A DNA stretch of 64,000 bases from an uncultured Ruminococcus sp. (GCA_902802105.1 CADCKR010000013.1:892-64891); one strand, 5' to 3'. Shown: positions 34,918-43,786, counted from the stretch's first letter. Notes: generated from the letters alone by a model not told the origin. Numbers and translations are program-made.

Positions 34918-35837
34918 CCTCTTATCTCCTTTCCTGTAATGGCGATGAATGCATCGTCCATTGTGCCGTTAAGGACCTCAAACGAGTCTATTTCATCCTT
35001 GAAGCGCTCTATCAGCGGTATTGCTTCCATTGTACGCGATAAGCTTACCCTGATGGTCCCGGCGCTTTCGCTGACAGTGAAGCTTTCTTCTTTGAGGGCT
35101 GAGGCTATCTTCTCATAGCTTTCTTTTTTGGGCACAAGCTTCAGGAAGTCGCCTGCGTATTTTTCCTTGAGCTGCGCGGGTGTTCCTCTTGCGGAAATTG
35201 TGCCGTTATCTATTACTACCACATAATCAGCTTCGGCAGCTTCTTCCATATAGTGCGTGGTAAGAAATACCGTCATGCCGGTTTCACGCTGCAGGCGCTG
35301 TATCGTTTCCCAGACGTTTTTTCTTGTCTGCGGGTCAAGTCCTGTGGTCGGTTCGTCAAGGAAAAGTATTTTCGGGGTGTTTATCAGCGCCCTTGCAATG
35401 TCGGCGCGTCTGCGCTGACCGCCTGAGAGTTTGCCGTACTTCCTGTTCTGAAAATCTCCTACCTCAGCCGCCGCGATAGCTTTTTCGGCGGCTTTTTTGA
35501 GCTGTTCGCCGCGCAGACCATAGAGTGCTCCGCGCATCATTATGTTTTCTTTTACTGTAAGCAGCTCATCGAGCATATTGTCCTGAAATACTGCGCCGAT
35601 AACACGTCTGATGCCGTCATCGTCCCTGCCGAGTGTCATGCCGTCAATGGTAACTGTGCCGCTGTCCTTTTGCAGGAATGTGGTTATAATGTCTATGGTG
35701 GTTGACTTTCCTGCACCGTTAGGGCCGAGGAAGGCAAAAAGCCTGCCCTGCTCAACATAGAAGCTCAGCCCTTTGACAGCCTGCACCTTTCCGTAGGATT
35801 TTTTAAGATCGTTTACCTCAATGATTCTGTTTGTCAT
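34914..35837 (-). CDS. ABC transporter ATP-binding protein (DrrA-like)
   Basis: GPNGAGKST, LSGGQRRR, LFLDEPTTGLD; ATG 35837 (AAAGGAAAG RBS) preferred over 35861. Confidence 0.9.
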   Translation of the reverse strand: MTNRIIEVNDLKKSYGKVQAVKGLSFYVEQGRLFAFLGPNGAGKSTTIDIITTFLQKDSGTVTIDGMTLGRDDDGIRRVIGAVFQDNMLDELLTVKENIMMRGALYGLRGEQLKKAAEKAIAAAEVGDFQNRKYGKLSGGQRRRADIARALINTPKILFLDEPTTGLDPQTRKNVWETIQRLQRETGMTVFLTTHYMEEAAEADYVVVIDNGTISARGTPAQLKEKYAGDFLKLVPKKESYEKIASALKEESFTVSESAGTIRVSLSRTMEAIPLIERFKDEIDSFEVLNGTMDDAFIAITGKEIRG

Positions 35838-36285
35838 GCTGTAATCTTTCCTTTCTTTCATGAATTTTACGGTTGAGTTCCTTTTCGGTTAATTTGGCAT
35901 TGATATAGAACAGCGCAAAGGTGGCTGCATAGACCACGAACAGAATGATGATCGGGATAAGGATATAAATGGTGGATAAGCTGAACCAGTGGAATACCGG
36001 ACCGCCCATTACCAGTACGGGAACCGCCACATCCGCCAGACCAAGCAAAAAGTTTGGCAGGGAGAAAAGGTTTTCTTCCCGACACAACAGGGTATCGGTG
36101 ATAAGCATAAGCACTGCTATAGTGAAGCAGACTATAAGGAGCTGAATATTTGTAAGCCATATATTTTCTTTAATAAGCTCAGAATTGATATTAAGCGCTG
36201 ACAGTATCATGCTTGCTATCGTATAGGAAATGCAGAAGGAAGTGCCGTACAATTTAAGGCGTTTAAGAAAAATCTTTTTTTTCAT
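35818..36285 (-). CDS. 4-TM membrane protein (DUF3021-like), partner of the LytTR protein
   Basis: 155 aa, hydrophobic; lies between the LytTR gene and the ABC genes. Confidence 0.6.
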   Translation of the reverse strand: MKKKIFLKRLKLYGTSFCISYTIASMILSALNINSELIKENIWLTNIQLLIVCFTIAVLMLITDTLLCREENLFSLPNFLLGLADVAVPVLVMGGPVFHWFSLSTIYILIPIIILFVVYAATFALFYINAKLTEKELNRKIHERKERLQHDKQNH

Positions 36286-36298
36286 TTGATCTTCTCCT

Positions 36299-36745
36299 TT
36301 ACATACCGAATTTCTTTTTAAAGGCGGGAACGTAATGACGGTTTATTATAAGCTTTTCCCCGTTATCGAGTGCAGCTTCCATTTTGCCGTTTATCATCAT
36401 TTTCACGCTGTCGAGCACATCTATGTTAAGGATGCAGGCCTTGCTTATTCTCACAAAGCTTGTATCGGCGAGCATCTCCTCTGCCTCATACAGCTTCAGT
36501 CCGCAGGAGAATACGTTGTCCTTACAGTAGACAAAGGTTTTATCATCAACGCTTTCAAGGTAGTAGACAGAGTTTATTGGTATCATGCGTGTTGCTCCGT
36601 CCTGCTGAACTGAAAGCGTTGTTTTTTTGTTTTGCACAAGGTCGATAACATCCTGGATAGTCTTATCTATCGTGCAGCATCTGATACATATTTCTGCTTC
36701 TATATATTCTGGAGAGCTGTCAATAGTGAGCTTCAAGTTTTTCAC
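36299..36745 (-). CDS. LytTR-domain DNA-binding protein (no receiver domain)
   Basis: 148 aa; C-terminal FVRISKACILNIDVLDSV..INRHYVPAFKKKF is LytTR-like; start is GTG 36745 or TTG 36736. Confidence 0.75.
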   Translation of the reverse strand: MKNLKLTIDSSPEYIEAEICIRCCTIDKTIQDVIDLVQNKKTTLSVQQDGATRMIPINSVYYLESVDDKTFVYCKDNVFSCGLKLYEAEEMLADTSFVRISKACILNIDVLDSVKMMINGKMEAALDNGEKLIINRHYVPAFKKKFGM

Positions 36746-36941
36746 ATCCTTTATCGGGGGTGTTTTGTTTATCGGTGTTTGTCATGATCTGATTTTATCA
36801 CAGTATTTTTCAAAAATAAACCTCATTTCGGCAAGATGCATTTTCTTTGCTGTAAAATGCATACGGTCGGCAAGCTGCGCTGTTTTTCGCTATTTTTAAG
36901 AGAGTATAATAAAAGTATTACCCGAAAGGAAGTGAACGAAA

Positions 36942-38129
36942 ATGTTGAGGCGATTTTTACGCAGCGCCGCCGATTATTTCCGCCGCACCGACAAAATATT
37001 ATGGCTGCTGACCCTCACAGCATCGGCTTATGGTCTTTTGCTCATTGCAAGCCAGCAGCGCAGCGGAAATGTAAACTTTCTCGGAACTCAGGCTGCGGCA
37101 GTATTTATCGGTTATGCCGCCGCAGCATTAATATCGGCAGTTGACTATAACTGCATAACAAGGCTTTGGTGGCTTTTTGCAGGCTTTTCGCTTTTTCTTA
37201 CCATACTTGTGTTCTTTATCGGAATAAAAATAACCGGTACAGATGACGTCGGCTGGATAAGCCTTCCCTTGGGTATGACCTTTCAGCCGTCTGAGCTTAC
37301 AAAAATAGCCTTTATCATCACTTTTTCAAAGCACCTTGAAGTACTTGATCAGCACGGCCGCCTGAAAAGCTTTTTCGGAGTGATATCCCTGCTGCTTCAT
37401 GCCCTGCTGCCTGTAGGACTTATCCATCTTCAAGGAGATGACGGAGCTGCACTGGTGTTTGCGCTGATGTTTATTATAATGTCATTTGCCGCAGGAGTGC
37501 AGCTCAGGTATTTTGCGGTACTTGGTGCAGCAGCTGCCGCCGTGATGCCGCTGCTATGGATGAAAATAATGAATTCCGATCAGAAAAACCGTCTTATGGT
37601 GCTTTTCGGCACAGACGATAAAGCATTCAGTACCTACGGCTGGCAGCAGTATCAGGGTAAGGTCTCTATCGCATCAGGCGGGATCTTCGGCAAGGGACTG
37701 TTCAGCGGCCCCCGTGTTGCCGCCGATGTCGTACCATATCAGGAAAACGACTTCATCTTTACTGTCGCCGGAGAAGAGTTAGGATTTATCGGCTGTGCTG
37801 CGATAATACTTCTGTTTGTGCTCATACTGCTCAGGGTGCTGAAAAATGCATCACGCACCGCTGAACTGTCTGGCAGGATCATCTGTACAGGATTTTTTGC
37901 GCTTGTTGGAACACAGGCAGTCATAAACCTTGGAATGGTGCTCGGACTTTTGCCTGTAGTAGGAGTAACTCTGCCGTTTTTCAGCTCAGGAGGTACATCG
38001 GCCGCCTGCCTGTATCTCGGCATCGGGCTTGTGCAGAGCGTATATATGCATCAGAACAGTACACTGTCCGGGCACGTCAGGGCGGAGCTTTCCCGTACAA
38101 CACAAGGCTCGGTCTTTGCCGCTATGTAG
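36942..38129 (+). CDS. FtsW/RodA/SpoVE-family peptidoglycan polymerase
   Basis: ~10 TM segments; FQPSELTKIAFII, ENDFIFTVAGEELGF, LPFFSSGGTS motifs. Confidence 0.9.
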   Translation: MLRRFLRSAADYFRRTDKILWLLTLTASAYGLLLIASQQRSGNVNFLGTQAAAVFIGYAAAALISAVDYNCITRLWWLFAGFSLFLTILVFFIGIKITGTDDVGWISLPLGMTFQPSELTKIAFIITFSKHLEVLDQHGRLKSFFGVISLLLHALLPVGLIHLQGDDGAALVFALMFIIMSFAAGVQLRYFAVLGAAAAAVMPLLWMKIMNSDQKNRLMVLFGTDDKAFSTYGWQQYQGKVSIASGGIFGKGLFSGPRVAADVVPYQENDFIFTVAGEELGFIGCAAIILLFVLILLRVLKNASRTAELSGRIICTGFFALVGTQAVINLGMVLGLLPVVGVTLPFFSSGGTSAACLYLGIGLVQSVYMHQNSTLSGHVRAELSRTTQGSVFAAM

Positions 38130-38132
38130 ACA

Positions 38133-38195
38133 AAAAGCTCCCCTGCTGTAATGCACATATAGCATGAAGCATCTCAGCAGAGGAGTTTGTTTTGT
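38133..38195. terminator. bidirectional terminator
   Basis: CTCCCCTGCTG (38138-38148) / CAGCAGAGGAG (38175-38185), one mismatch, then TTTGTTTTG. Confidence 0.55.
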
Positions 38196-38198
38196 ATA

Positions 38199-39401
38199 TT
38201 ATTTGTCAAGCAGGCGCTGTATATCCGGGAAAGGTGCAAGACTGCGCCTGAGTATGCCGTTCATATATGCGATAGCCGTGCCGTAATTCGTGATAGGCAC
38301 ACCCTCGTCCTCAGCACATTTCAGGCGGTACTTCATCTCACGCTCGTTGAGCATACAGCCGCCGCAGTGAATGACCATTCTGTACTTTTTCAGACCTTCG
38401 GCAAATTCCGTTCCGGAGGTCCATTCAAAATCAATATTCTTTCCGGTGTATTTTTTTATAAGCCTTGGCAGCTTCACCGTGCCGATATCATCGCATTGAC
38501 GGTGATGTGTACAGCCCTCGGAGATAAGCACCCTGTCGCCGTCTTCAATGGTATCAATAGCGGTAACGCCCGAAACAGCAAGCCGCAGATTGCCCTTGTA
38601 ATTTGCAAAGAGTATAGAAAACGAAGTCAGCATGATATCCTCAGGAGTAAGCCTGCTGACTTGTGCAAACGCCTGACTGTCCGTTATCACCATACGTGGC
38701 TTTTTATTCAGCGCTGCAAGCACTGCGGGCAGTTCTTCCGGCTGAGTAACGATACTCATGCAGTGAGCGTCTATAATATCACGGATAGTCTGCTGCTGGG
38801 GAAGAATAAGCCTGCCCTTAGGAGCAGCGGCGTCTATCGGCACAACAAGCACAACTATGTCGCCTTTTTCAAGCATATCCGAAACAATATGCTTATCGTT
38901 CTGTACTCCCTTGGAAAGAGCTGCAATACGCTCTTTCAGTGCGTTGATGCCTTCGCCTGTCGCAGCGCTGACGGATATTTCATTCTCACCGCTAAGCTCG
39001 GCGCCTTTAAGGTCACTCTTGTTATAGGCGATTATATAGGGAATATTCTTCTGCCGAAAACGCCCGATAAGCTTTTCGTCCTCAGCCGAAACTCCTGCTG
39101 CGGAATCAATGACAAGCACAGCCACATCTGTTTTGTTTAGTATCTGATAGCTCTTTTTTACCCTGAGTGCGCCAAGCTCGCCTTCATCATCAATACCCGG
39201 AGTATCAATGATCACAACAGGCCCCATCGGCAGCAGCTCCATTGCTTTAAGCACGGGGTCTGTCGTTGTGCCAAGCACATCAGATACTATCGCAAGATTC
39301 TGACCGGTAACGGCATTGACAACGCTTGACTTTCCTGCATTTCTCTTGCCGAAAAATGCTATGTGTATCCTGTCCGCTGAGGGAGTTGAATTAAGGCTCA
39401 T
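38199..39401 (-). CDS. hydF: [FeFe]-hydrogenase H-cluster maturation GTPase
   Basis: GKRNAGKSS P-loop, DTPG, NKSD, C-terminal CxHx..HCGGC cluster ligands; ATG 39401 (AAGGAAG RBS) preferred over 39440. Confidence 0.9.
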   Translation of the reverse strand: MSLNSTPSADRIHIAFFGKRNAGKSSVVNAVTGQNLAIVSDVLGTTTDPVLKAMELLPMGPVVIIDTPGIDDEGELGALRVKKSYQILNKTDVAVLVIDSAAGVSAEDEKLIGRFRQKNIPYIIAYNKSDLKGAELSGENEISVSAATGEGINALKERIAALSKGVQNDKHIVSDMLEKGDIVVLVVPIDAAAPKGRLILPQQQTIRDIIDAHCMSIVTQPEELPAVLAALNKKPRMVITDSQAFAQVSRLTPEDIMLTSFSILFANYKGNLRLAVSGVTAIDTIEDGDRVLISEGCTHHRQCDDIGTVKLPRLIKKYTGKNIDFEWTSGTEFAEGLKKYRMVIHCGGCMLNEREMKYRLKCAEDEGVPITNYGTAIAYMNGILRRSLAPFPDIQRLLDK

Positions 39402-39441
39402 AATATCACTTCCTTGCACGAGATATGATCCTGATGACATA

Positions 39442-40896
39442 TCAGAACCTGAAATCTCTCTTTCCTACAGTCTTGATCTCTTCAAGGTAATTCATTGCTT
39501 TCTCACGGCGCTTTTCATCCGGAACATTAAGTATCTCACGTGCAATAAGCTCCTCACCGATCCTCTTTGTTTCGGGTGATGCATAGTCTGTCAGGAACTC
39601 CTGGAGCGTCATAAGCGCATTCGGATGGCAGCAGTTCTGTATCTGACCCACCTTGCAAAGCGCCATAAAGCGGTCGCCTGTTCTGCCCTCACGGTAACAG
39701 GCCGTACAGAATGACGGGATATAGCCCTTTTCCATGAGCCACCTTACAACCTCGTCAAGAGAACGCTGATCGGATACGTCAAACTGCTCTGTGTCGTGCG
39801 GCCTTTCGTCGGACGAATATCCTGCATAGCCGCCTACAGATGTTCTCGAACCGCCTGAGATCTGTGAAATGCCGAGACCCATTACCTTAGCCCTGCATTC
39901 CTCACTCTCTCTTGTGGAGATTATCATTCCCGTGTAGGGTACTGCGATCCTGATACAGGCAATTATCTTTGCAAATGTATCGTCATCAATGCCGTTGTCA
40001 AATACAGACGGGTCAATATCAGCGGCGCGCTTTATTCTCGGCACACTGATGGTATGCGGACCTACGCCGTGTACTGCTTCAAGATGCTCTGCATGCATCA
40101 GTATTCCTGCAAATTCATATTTGTAAAGCTCAAGACCAAAGAGTACGCCAAGGCCTACATCGTCTATGCCGCCCTCCATTGCCCTGTCCATAGCTTCTGT
40201 GTGATATGCATAGTTATGCTTTGGTCCTGCGGGATGAAGCTTCTCATAGCTTTCCTTGTGGTAGGTTTCCTGGAAAAGAATATATGTGCCTATACCGGCA
40301 TCCTTGAGCTTTCTGTAATTTTCCACCGTAGTTGCTGCGATATTTACGTTTACACGTCTTATAGCGCCGTTCTTGTGCTGTACGCTGTATATAGTCTTTA
40401 TGCAGTCAAGGATATATTCTATCGGGTTATTTACAGGATCCTCTCCGCTCTCGATAGCAAGACGCTTGTGACCCATATCCTGCAAAGCGATAACCTCCTG
40501 CTTTACCTCCTCCTGAGTCAGCTTCTTTCTCGGAATATCCTTGTTCTGATAGTGATAGGGACAGTAAACGCACTTGTTCACGCAGTAGTTTGAAAGATAA
40601 AGCGGCGCGAACATAACGATACGGTTGCCGTAGAAGGCCTCCTTGATCTGACGTGCAAGCGCATACATTTTCTCGGTCATTTCGGGGATATCACAGGCAA
40701 GAAGAACGCTTGCCTCTCTGTGTGAAAGACCTGCGCACTCAACTCCTCTGCCGGTTTTTCGGGGAGCAGCCTTTGCAAGTATCTCCTCAATAAGCTCACG
40801 GTTGTGCTTGTTCTGCTCTGCATATTCAAGCGTGGCAAGAATTTCCTCGTGATTGATAAATTCTTCGGCCTTTAATGATTTAGGATCATATTTCAT
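39442..40896 (-). CDS. hydG: [FeFe]-hydrogenase maturase, radical SAM tyrosine lyase
   Basis: CVNKCVYCPY radical-SAM site, 484 aa, C-terminal CTACYR..C cluster motif; sits between hydE and hydF. Confidence 0.95.
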   Translation of the reverse strand: MKYDPKSLKAEEFINHEEILATLEYAEQNKHNRELIEEILAKAAPRKTGRGVECAGLSHREASVLLACDIPEMTEKMYALARQIKEAFYGNRIVMFAPLYLSNYCVNKCVYCPYHYQNKDIPRKKLTQEEVKQEVIALQDMGHKRLAIESGEDPVNNPIEYILDCIKTIYSVQHKNGAIRRVNVNIAATTVENYRKLKDAGIGTYILFQETYHKESYEKLHPAGPKHNYAYHTEAMDRAMEGGIDDVGLGVLFGLELYKYEFAGILMHAEHLEAVHGVGPHTISVPRIKRAADIDPSVFDNGIDDDTFAKIIACIRIAVPYTGMIISTRESEECRAKVMGLGISQISGGSRTSVGGYAGYSSDERPHDTEQFDVSDQRSLDEVVRWLMEKGYIPSFCTACYREGRTGDRFMALCKVGQIQNCCHPNALMTLQEFLTDYASPETKRIGEELIAREILNVPDEKRREKAMNYLEEIKTVGKRDFRF

Positions 40897-41963
40897 GTTA
40901 ACTCTTCTTCCTTTTTGTCATTTGTAAAATTATAACAGTCGCCTCTGCTGACGACTACATTGCAGCCTATGGACTTCATCCGCATTGCAAGACAGTTTTT
41001 ACACTCGGCCGCCTCATCGCCTGTGCATATCTTATTATCATACAGCAGGTATTTTTTTCTTACCGAAACAGGCGACAAATTCGGCATTACCACATTTGCG
41101 CCTGCCTGTATTCCCTTTTCTCTGCCAAGCGGATGTATGGTACCCAAGGCTGTAGTTGCGGGAATGAGTGCAGTCGGCAATGTAAGCCTGAGCAGCCCAA
41201 GCATAAACAAAGTAAGCTCAAGCGTACCTGCTTTTTTATCCCTGAACGGCGTGTCATGCTGAGGTATAAACGGCCCTATTCCGACCATCTGCGGCTGAAG
41301 CTCCTTGATAAAAAGCAGGTCATCGGCAAGATTTTCCTCTGTCTGCCACGGTGACCCCACCATGAATCCGCAGCCCACCTGATAGCCTATTCTTTTAAGG
41401 TCATACAGGCAGCGCTTTCTGTTCTCAGGCGAAAGTTCCTTCGGGTGCAGCATACGGTAATGCTCATTGTCTGCGGTCTCGTGCCGCAGGAGATATCTGT
41501 CCGCTCCCGCGTCAAAATACGCCTTGTATTCCTCATAGCTTTTTTCACCCACAGAAAGAGTAAGCGCACAGTCCGGATATTCTTTTTTTATGCTTCTTAT
41601 GATATCCACAAGCCTGTCTGCGTTAAAATACGGATCCTCGCCGCCCTGCAGCACAAAGGTACGGAACCCCAGCTCATAGCCGTTCCTGCAGCAAAGAAGG
41701 ATATCCTCCTTTGTCAGCCTGTAGCGCTCCGCATTACGGTTGCTGCACCGCAGGCCGCAGTAATAGCAGTCGTTTTTGCAGAAGCTTGTAAATTCGATCA
41801 GCCCCCTGATAAACACGTCATTGCCGTAATATCTGCGCTTTATCTCTCTTGCGCTCTCATACAAAAGCTCCGCAAGCTCAGGCGTGCGGTTCCTTATAAG
41901 GCTGACATATTCATCTCTTGTGAGAACAGACTGTCTTTTCAGCTTTTCAATAAGCGTTTCCAT
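40893..41963 (-). CDS. hydE: [FeFe]-hydrogenase maturase, radical SAM
   Basis: CKNDCYYCG radical-SAM site, BioB-like fold; start ATG 41963 (METLIEKL) is uncertain, ORF extends to TTG 42014. Confidence 0.9.
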   Translation of the reverse strand: METLIEKLKRQSVLTRDEYVSLIRNRTPELAELLYESAREIKRRYYGNDVFIRGLIEFTSFCKNDCYYCGLRCSNRNAERYRLTKEDILLCCRNGYELGFRTFVLQGGEDPYFNADRLVDIIRSIKKEYPDCALTLSVGEKSYEEYKAYFDAGADRYLLRHETADNEHYRMLHPKELSPENRKRCLYDLKRIGYQVGCGFMVGSPWQTEENLADDLLFIKELQPQMVGIGPFIPQHDTPFRDKKAGTLELTLFMLGLLRLTLPTALIPATTALGTIHPLGREKGIQAGANVVMPNLSPVSVRKKYLLYDNKICTGDEAAECKNCLAMRMKSIGCNVVVSRGDCYNFTNDKKEEELT

Positions 41964-41973
41964 AAGGTCTGCA

Positions 41974-42219
41974 TCAGTTTTTAGAACAGACGACCTTTGA
42001 GCTGATGCCCTCAAGCTGTCCGATCTTGCCTGTCAGGCTGTTGATAACGTCCATCGGCGCATCCAGGGCGATGCTTATGATGTTGACGTCCTTTTTGGGG
42101 TAGGGGATACCCATTCTTCCGATGATGTAGCTGCCGTACTCATGCAGGAGCGCATTGAGCTTATCGGTAGAATCCACATTTTCAACTATGATGCCTATGA
42201 TAGAAACTTTTTCTTCCAT
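41974..42219 (-). CDS. TM1266-like small ACT-fold protein ('iron-only hydrogenase system regulator')
   Basis: 81 aa, VSIIGIIVEN..LNALLHEYG.YIIGRMGIPY; first gene of the hydEGF operon; GGAGG RBS. Confidence 0.75.
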   Translation of the reverse strand: MEEKVSIIGIIVENVDSTDKLNALLHEYGSYIIGRMGIPYPKKDVNIISIALDAPMDVINSLTGKIGQLEGISSKVVCSKN

Positions 42220-42256
42220 TTGTTTTTCCTCCGTTTGTATTATGATCTGTTTTCAG

Positions 42257-42287
42257 ACAAAAAAGCGCACCCTCAGACGGGCGCACA
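42257..42287 (-). terminator. intrinsic terminator inside the hyd operon leader (candidate attenuator)
   Basis: Minus strand GUGCGCCC-GUCUGA-GGGUGCGC (8 bp, 2 G-U) followed by UUUUUUG; ~35 nt upstream of ATG 42219. Confidence 0.55.
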
Positions 42288-42417
42288 AATAAAAAGGTCA
42301 TTTGTCTTGCCCTTCCTCATCAGGTCTGTGCAGGCACAGCCTTTTGTGTCAGAAAACAAAATTTTTGTCTGACTATGCCGGCAGCACTAAGCTTGCCTTA
42401 AAGTCATCGTTTCGGTT

Positions 42418-42446
42418 ATTATAACATATCGTTACGGGTTTTGCAA
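42418..42446 (-). promoter_or_regulatory. consensus promoter of the hyd maturation operon
   Basis: Minus strand TTGCAA (42446-42441), 17-nt spacer, TATAAT (42423-42418). Confidence 0.65.
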
Positions 42447-42649
42447 GGGAAAACTTTGTATAAATTAACAGTAAACAACTATTTAAGAATTCTTTCATAA
42501 AGAATTATATGTTTATTAAAGAATTGTTTAAATATTGTGATATAAAACATAATATACTATATAAAGCACTGATAAGATCAGGGCTTGTTTTGATTTTTGT
42601 TTTATCCGCCGGCTTCTGGCGGAGCTTTATATAAAGGAGCTGAATTTCA

Positions 42650-43522
42650 ATGTGCATGGGGCTCGTGCTTGAAGGCGGAGGCAACCGCGGAGCATATACC
42701 GCAGGTGTGCTCGATGTCCTCTGCCGCAATGATATATACATACCGGTGACATACGCTGTATCGGCAGGCGCCTGCAACGCTCTTTCCTATCTTTCAAAGC
42801 AGGTCAAACGCAATTTCCGCATATATACGGAATATGCCGCCGATAAGCGCTATTGCAGCCTGCGTAATCTTATGAAAACGGGCTGTCTTTTCGGATATGA
42901 TTTTATTTTCGGTGAGCTTGCAAAAGAGCTGATACCGTTTGACTATGAGGAATTTGAGCGCACCACAATGAAGCTTTATATGTGCTCTACAGACGTTGAA
43001 ACGGGCGAACCCGTATTCATCAGCAGCGAAGGTCTTTTTAAGGATATCAGTCCTTTAATAGCAACAGCTTCTCTGCCGGTAGTATCTAACATTGTAGAGT
43101 GCAGGGGCAAAAAGCTGCTTGACGGCGGCGTGGTTTCGCCGATACCTATAGACAGGGCGATAAGCGACGGCATAACACGCAACATTGTTGTCCTTACCCG
43201 TGATGAAGGCTATGTCAAGAAGGACAAGCCGGATTTTCCCCTTGTATATCTTAAACACCGCTATAAAAAATACCCGAAGTTAGTTGAAGCTATGGTGAAC
43301 CGTCCGAAGGTATATAAACGTCAGCGTGAGCTTTGCTACAGCGAGCAGAGTGCCGGACGCGCCATCGTCATACAGCCGTCAAAGCCGATAAACATAAAGC
43401 GCAGCTGCAAGGATCCTGAGCTGCTTGAGGAAATATACAATCTTGGCGTTAAGGACACCAACGCCCGCCTGACAGAGATCAACCGCTTCATAGCGTGTGC
43501 AGAACAGTCAGATACGATATAA
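42650..43522 (+). CDS. patatin-like phospholipase
   Basis: LEGGGNRGAYTAGVLD oxyanion motif, AVSAGA serine motif, LLDGG (Asp dyad). Confidence 0.85.
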   Translation: MCMGLVLEGGGNRGAYTAGVLDVLCRNDIYIPVTYAVSAGACNALSYLSKQVKRNFRIYTEYAADKRYCSLRNLMKTGCLFGYDFIFGELAKELIPFDYEEFERTTMKLYMCSTDVETGEPVFISSEGLFKDISPLIATASLPVVSNIVECRGKKLLDGGVVSPIPIDRAISDGITRNIVVLTRDEGYVKKDKPDFPLVYLKHRYKKYPKLVEAMVNRPKVYKRQRELCYSEQSAGRAIVIQPSKPINIKRSCKDPELLEEIYNLGVKDTNARLTEINRFIACAEQSDTI

Positions 43523-43557
43523 CGGTTTATACTGAAAACTGACTTTTATCCGATAAG

Positions 43558-43714
43558 GGCAATACCGCACAAAGATAGTGCCGCAGATGCGCCGGCGCAG
43601 AGCCTGCGCTCCCGTGTTAGTTATGGGAACATTTTTCATTCCGACAGATAACAGTTCCTTCGGGCGCAGCATATATGGTGCTAAGCCGTTAGGCGGTCTT
43701 TGTGCGGTGTTGCC
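43558..43714 (+). mobile_element. MITE-like / structured 157-bp element with 18-bp terminal inverted repeats
   Basis: GGCAATACCGCACAAAGA (43558-43575) vs TCTTTGTGCGGTGTTGCC (43697-43714), 17/18 complementary; flanked by TAAG (43554-43557) and TAAG (43715-43718); both ~38-nt ends recur inverted at 59509-59680. Confidence 0.6.
43592..43614. repeat. REP-like palindrome CCGGCGCAGAGCCTGCGCTCCCG (copy 2 of 3, inside the 157-bp element)
   Basis: Identical to 30158-30180. Confidence 0.85.
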
Positions 43715-43730
43715 TAAGAGCTTATAAGGC

Positions 43731-43776
43731 AAAAGCTTCGCCCGGGTCTTTTAAAGACCAAAGCGAAGCTTTTTTG
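43731..43776. terminator. bidirectional terminator (patatin / YhgE convergent pair)
   Basis: AAAGCTTCGC..GCGAAGCTTT stem with inner GGTCT/AGACC, then TTTTTT. Confidence 0.8.
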
Positions 43777-43786
43777 TTTACTTTTA

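Noticed and set aside
43558-43714. Interpretation of the inverted-repeat element as 6S RNA or another known ncRNA
   Set aside because: The long closing stem is superficially 6S-like, but there is no upstream promoter at this copy. The second copy has an unrelated interior, and the flanking TAAG duplication favours a mobile or repeat origin.
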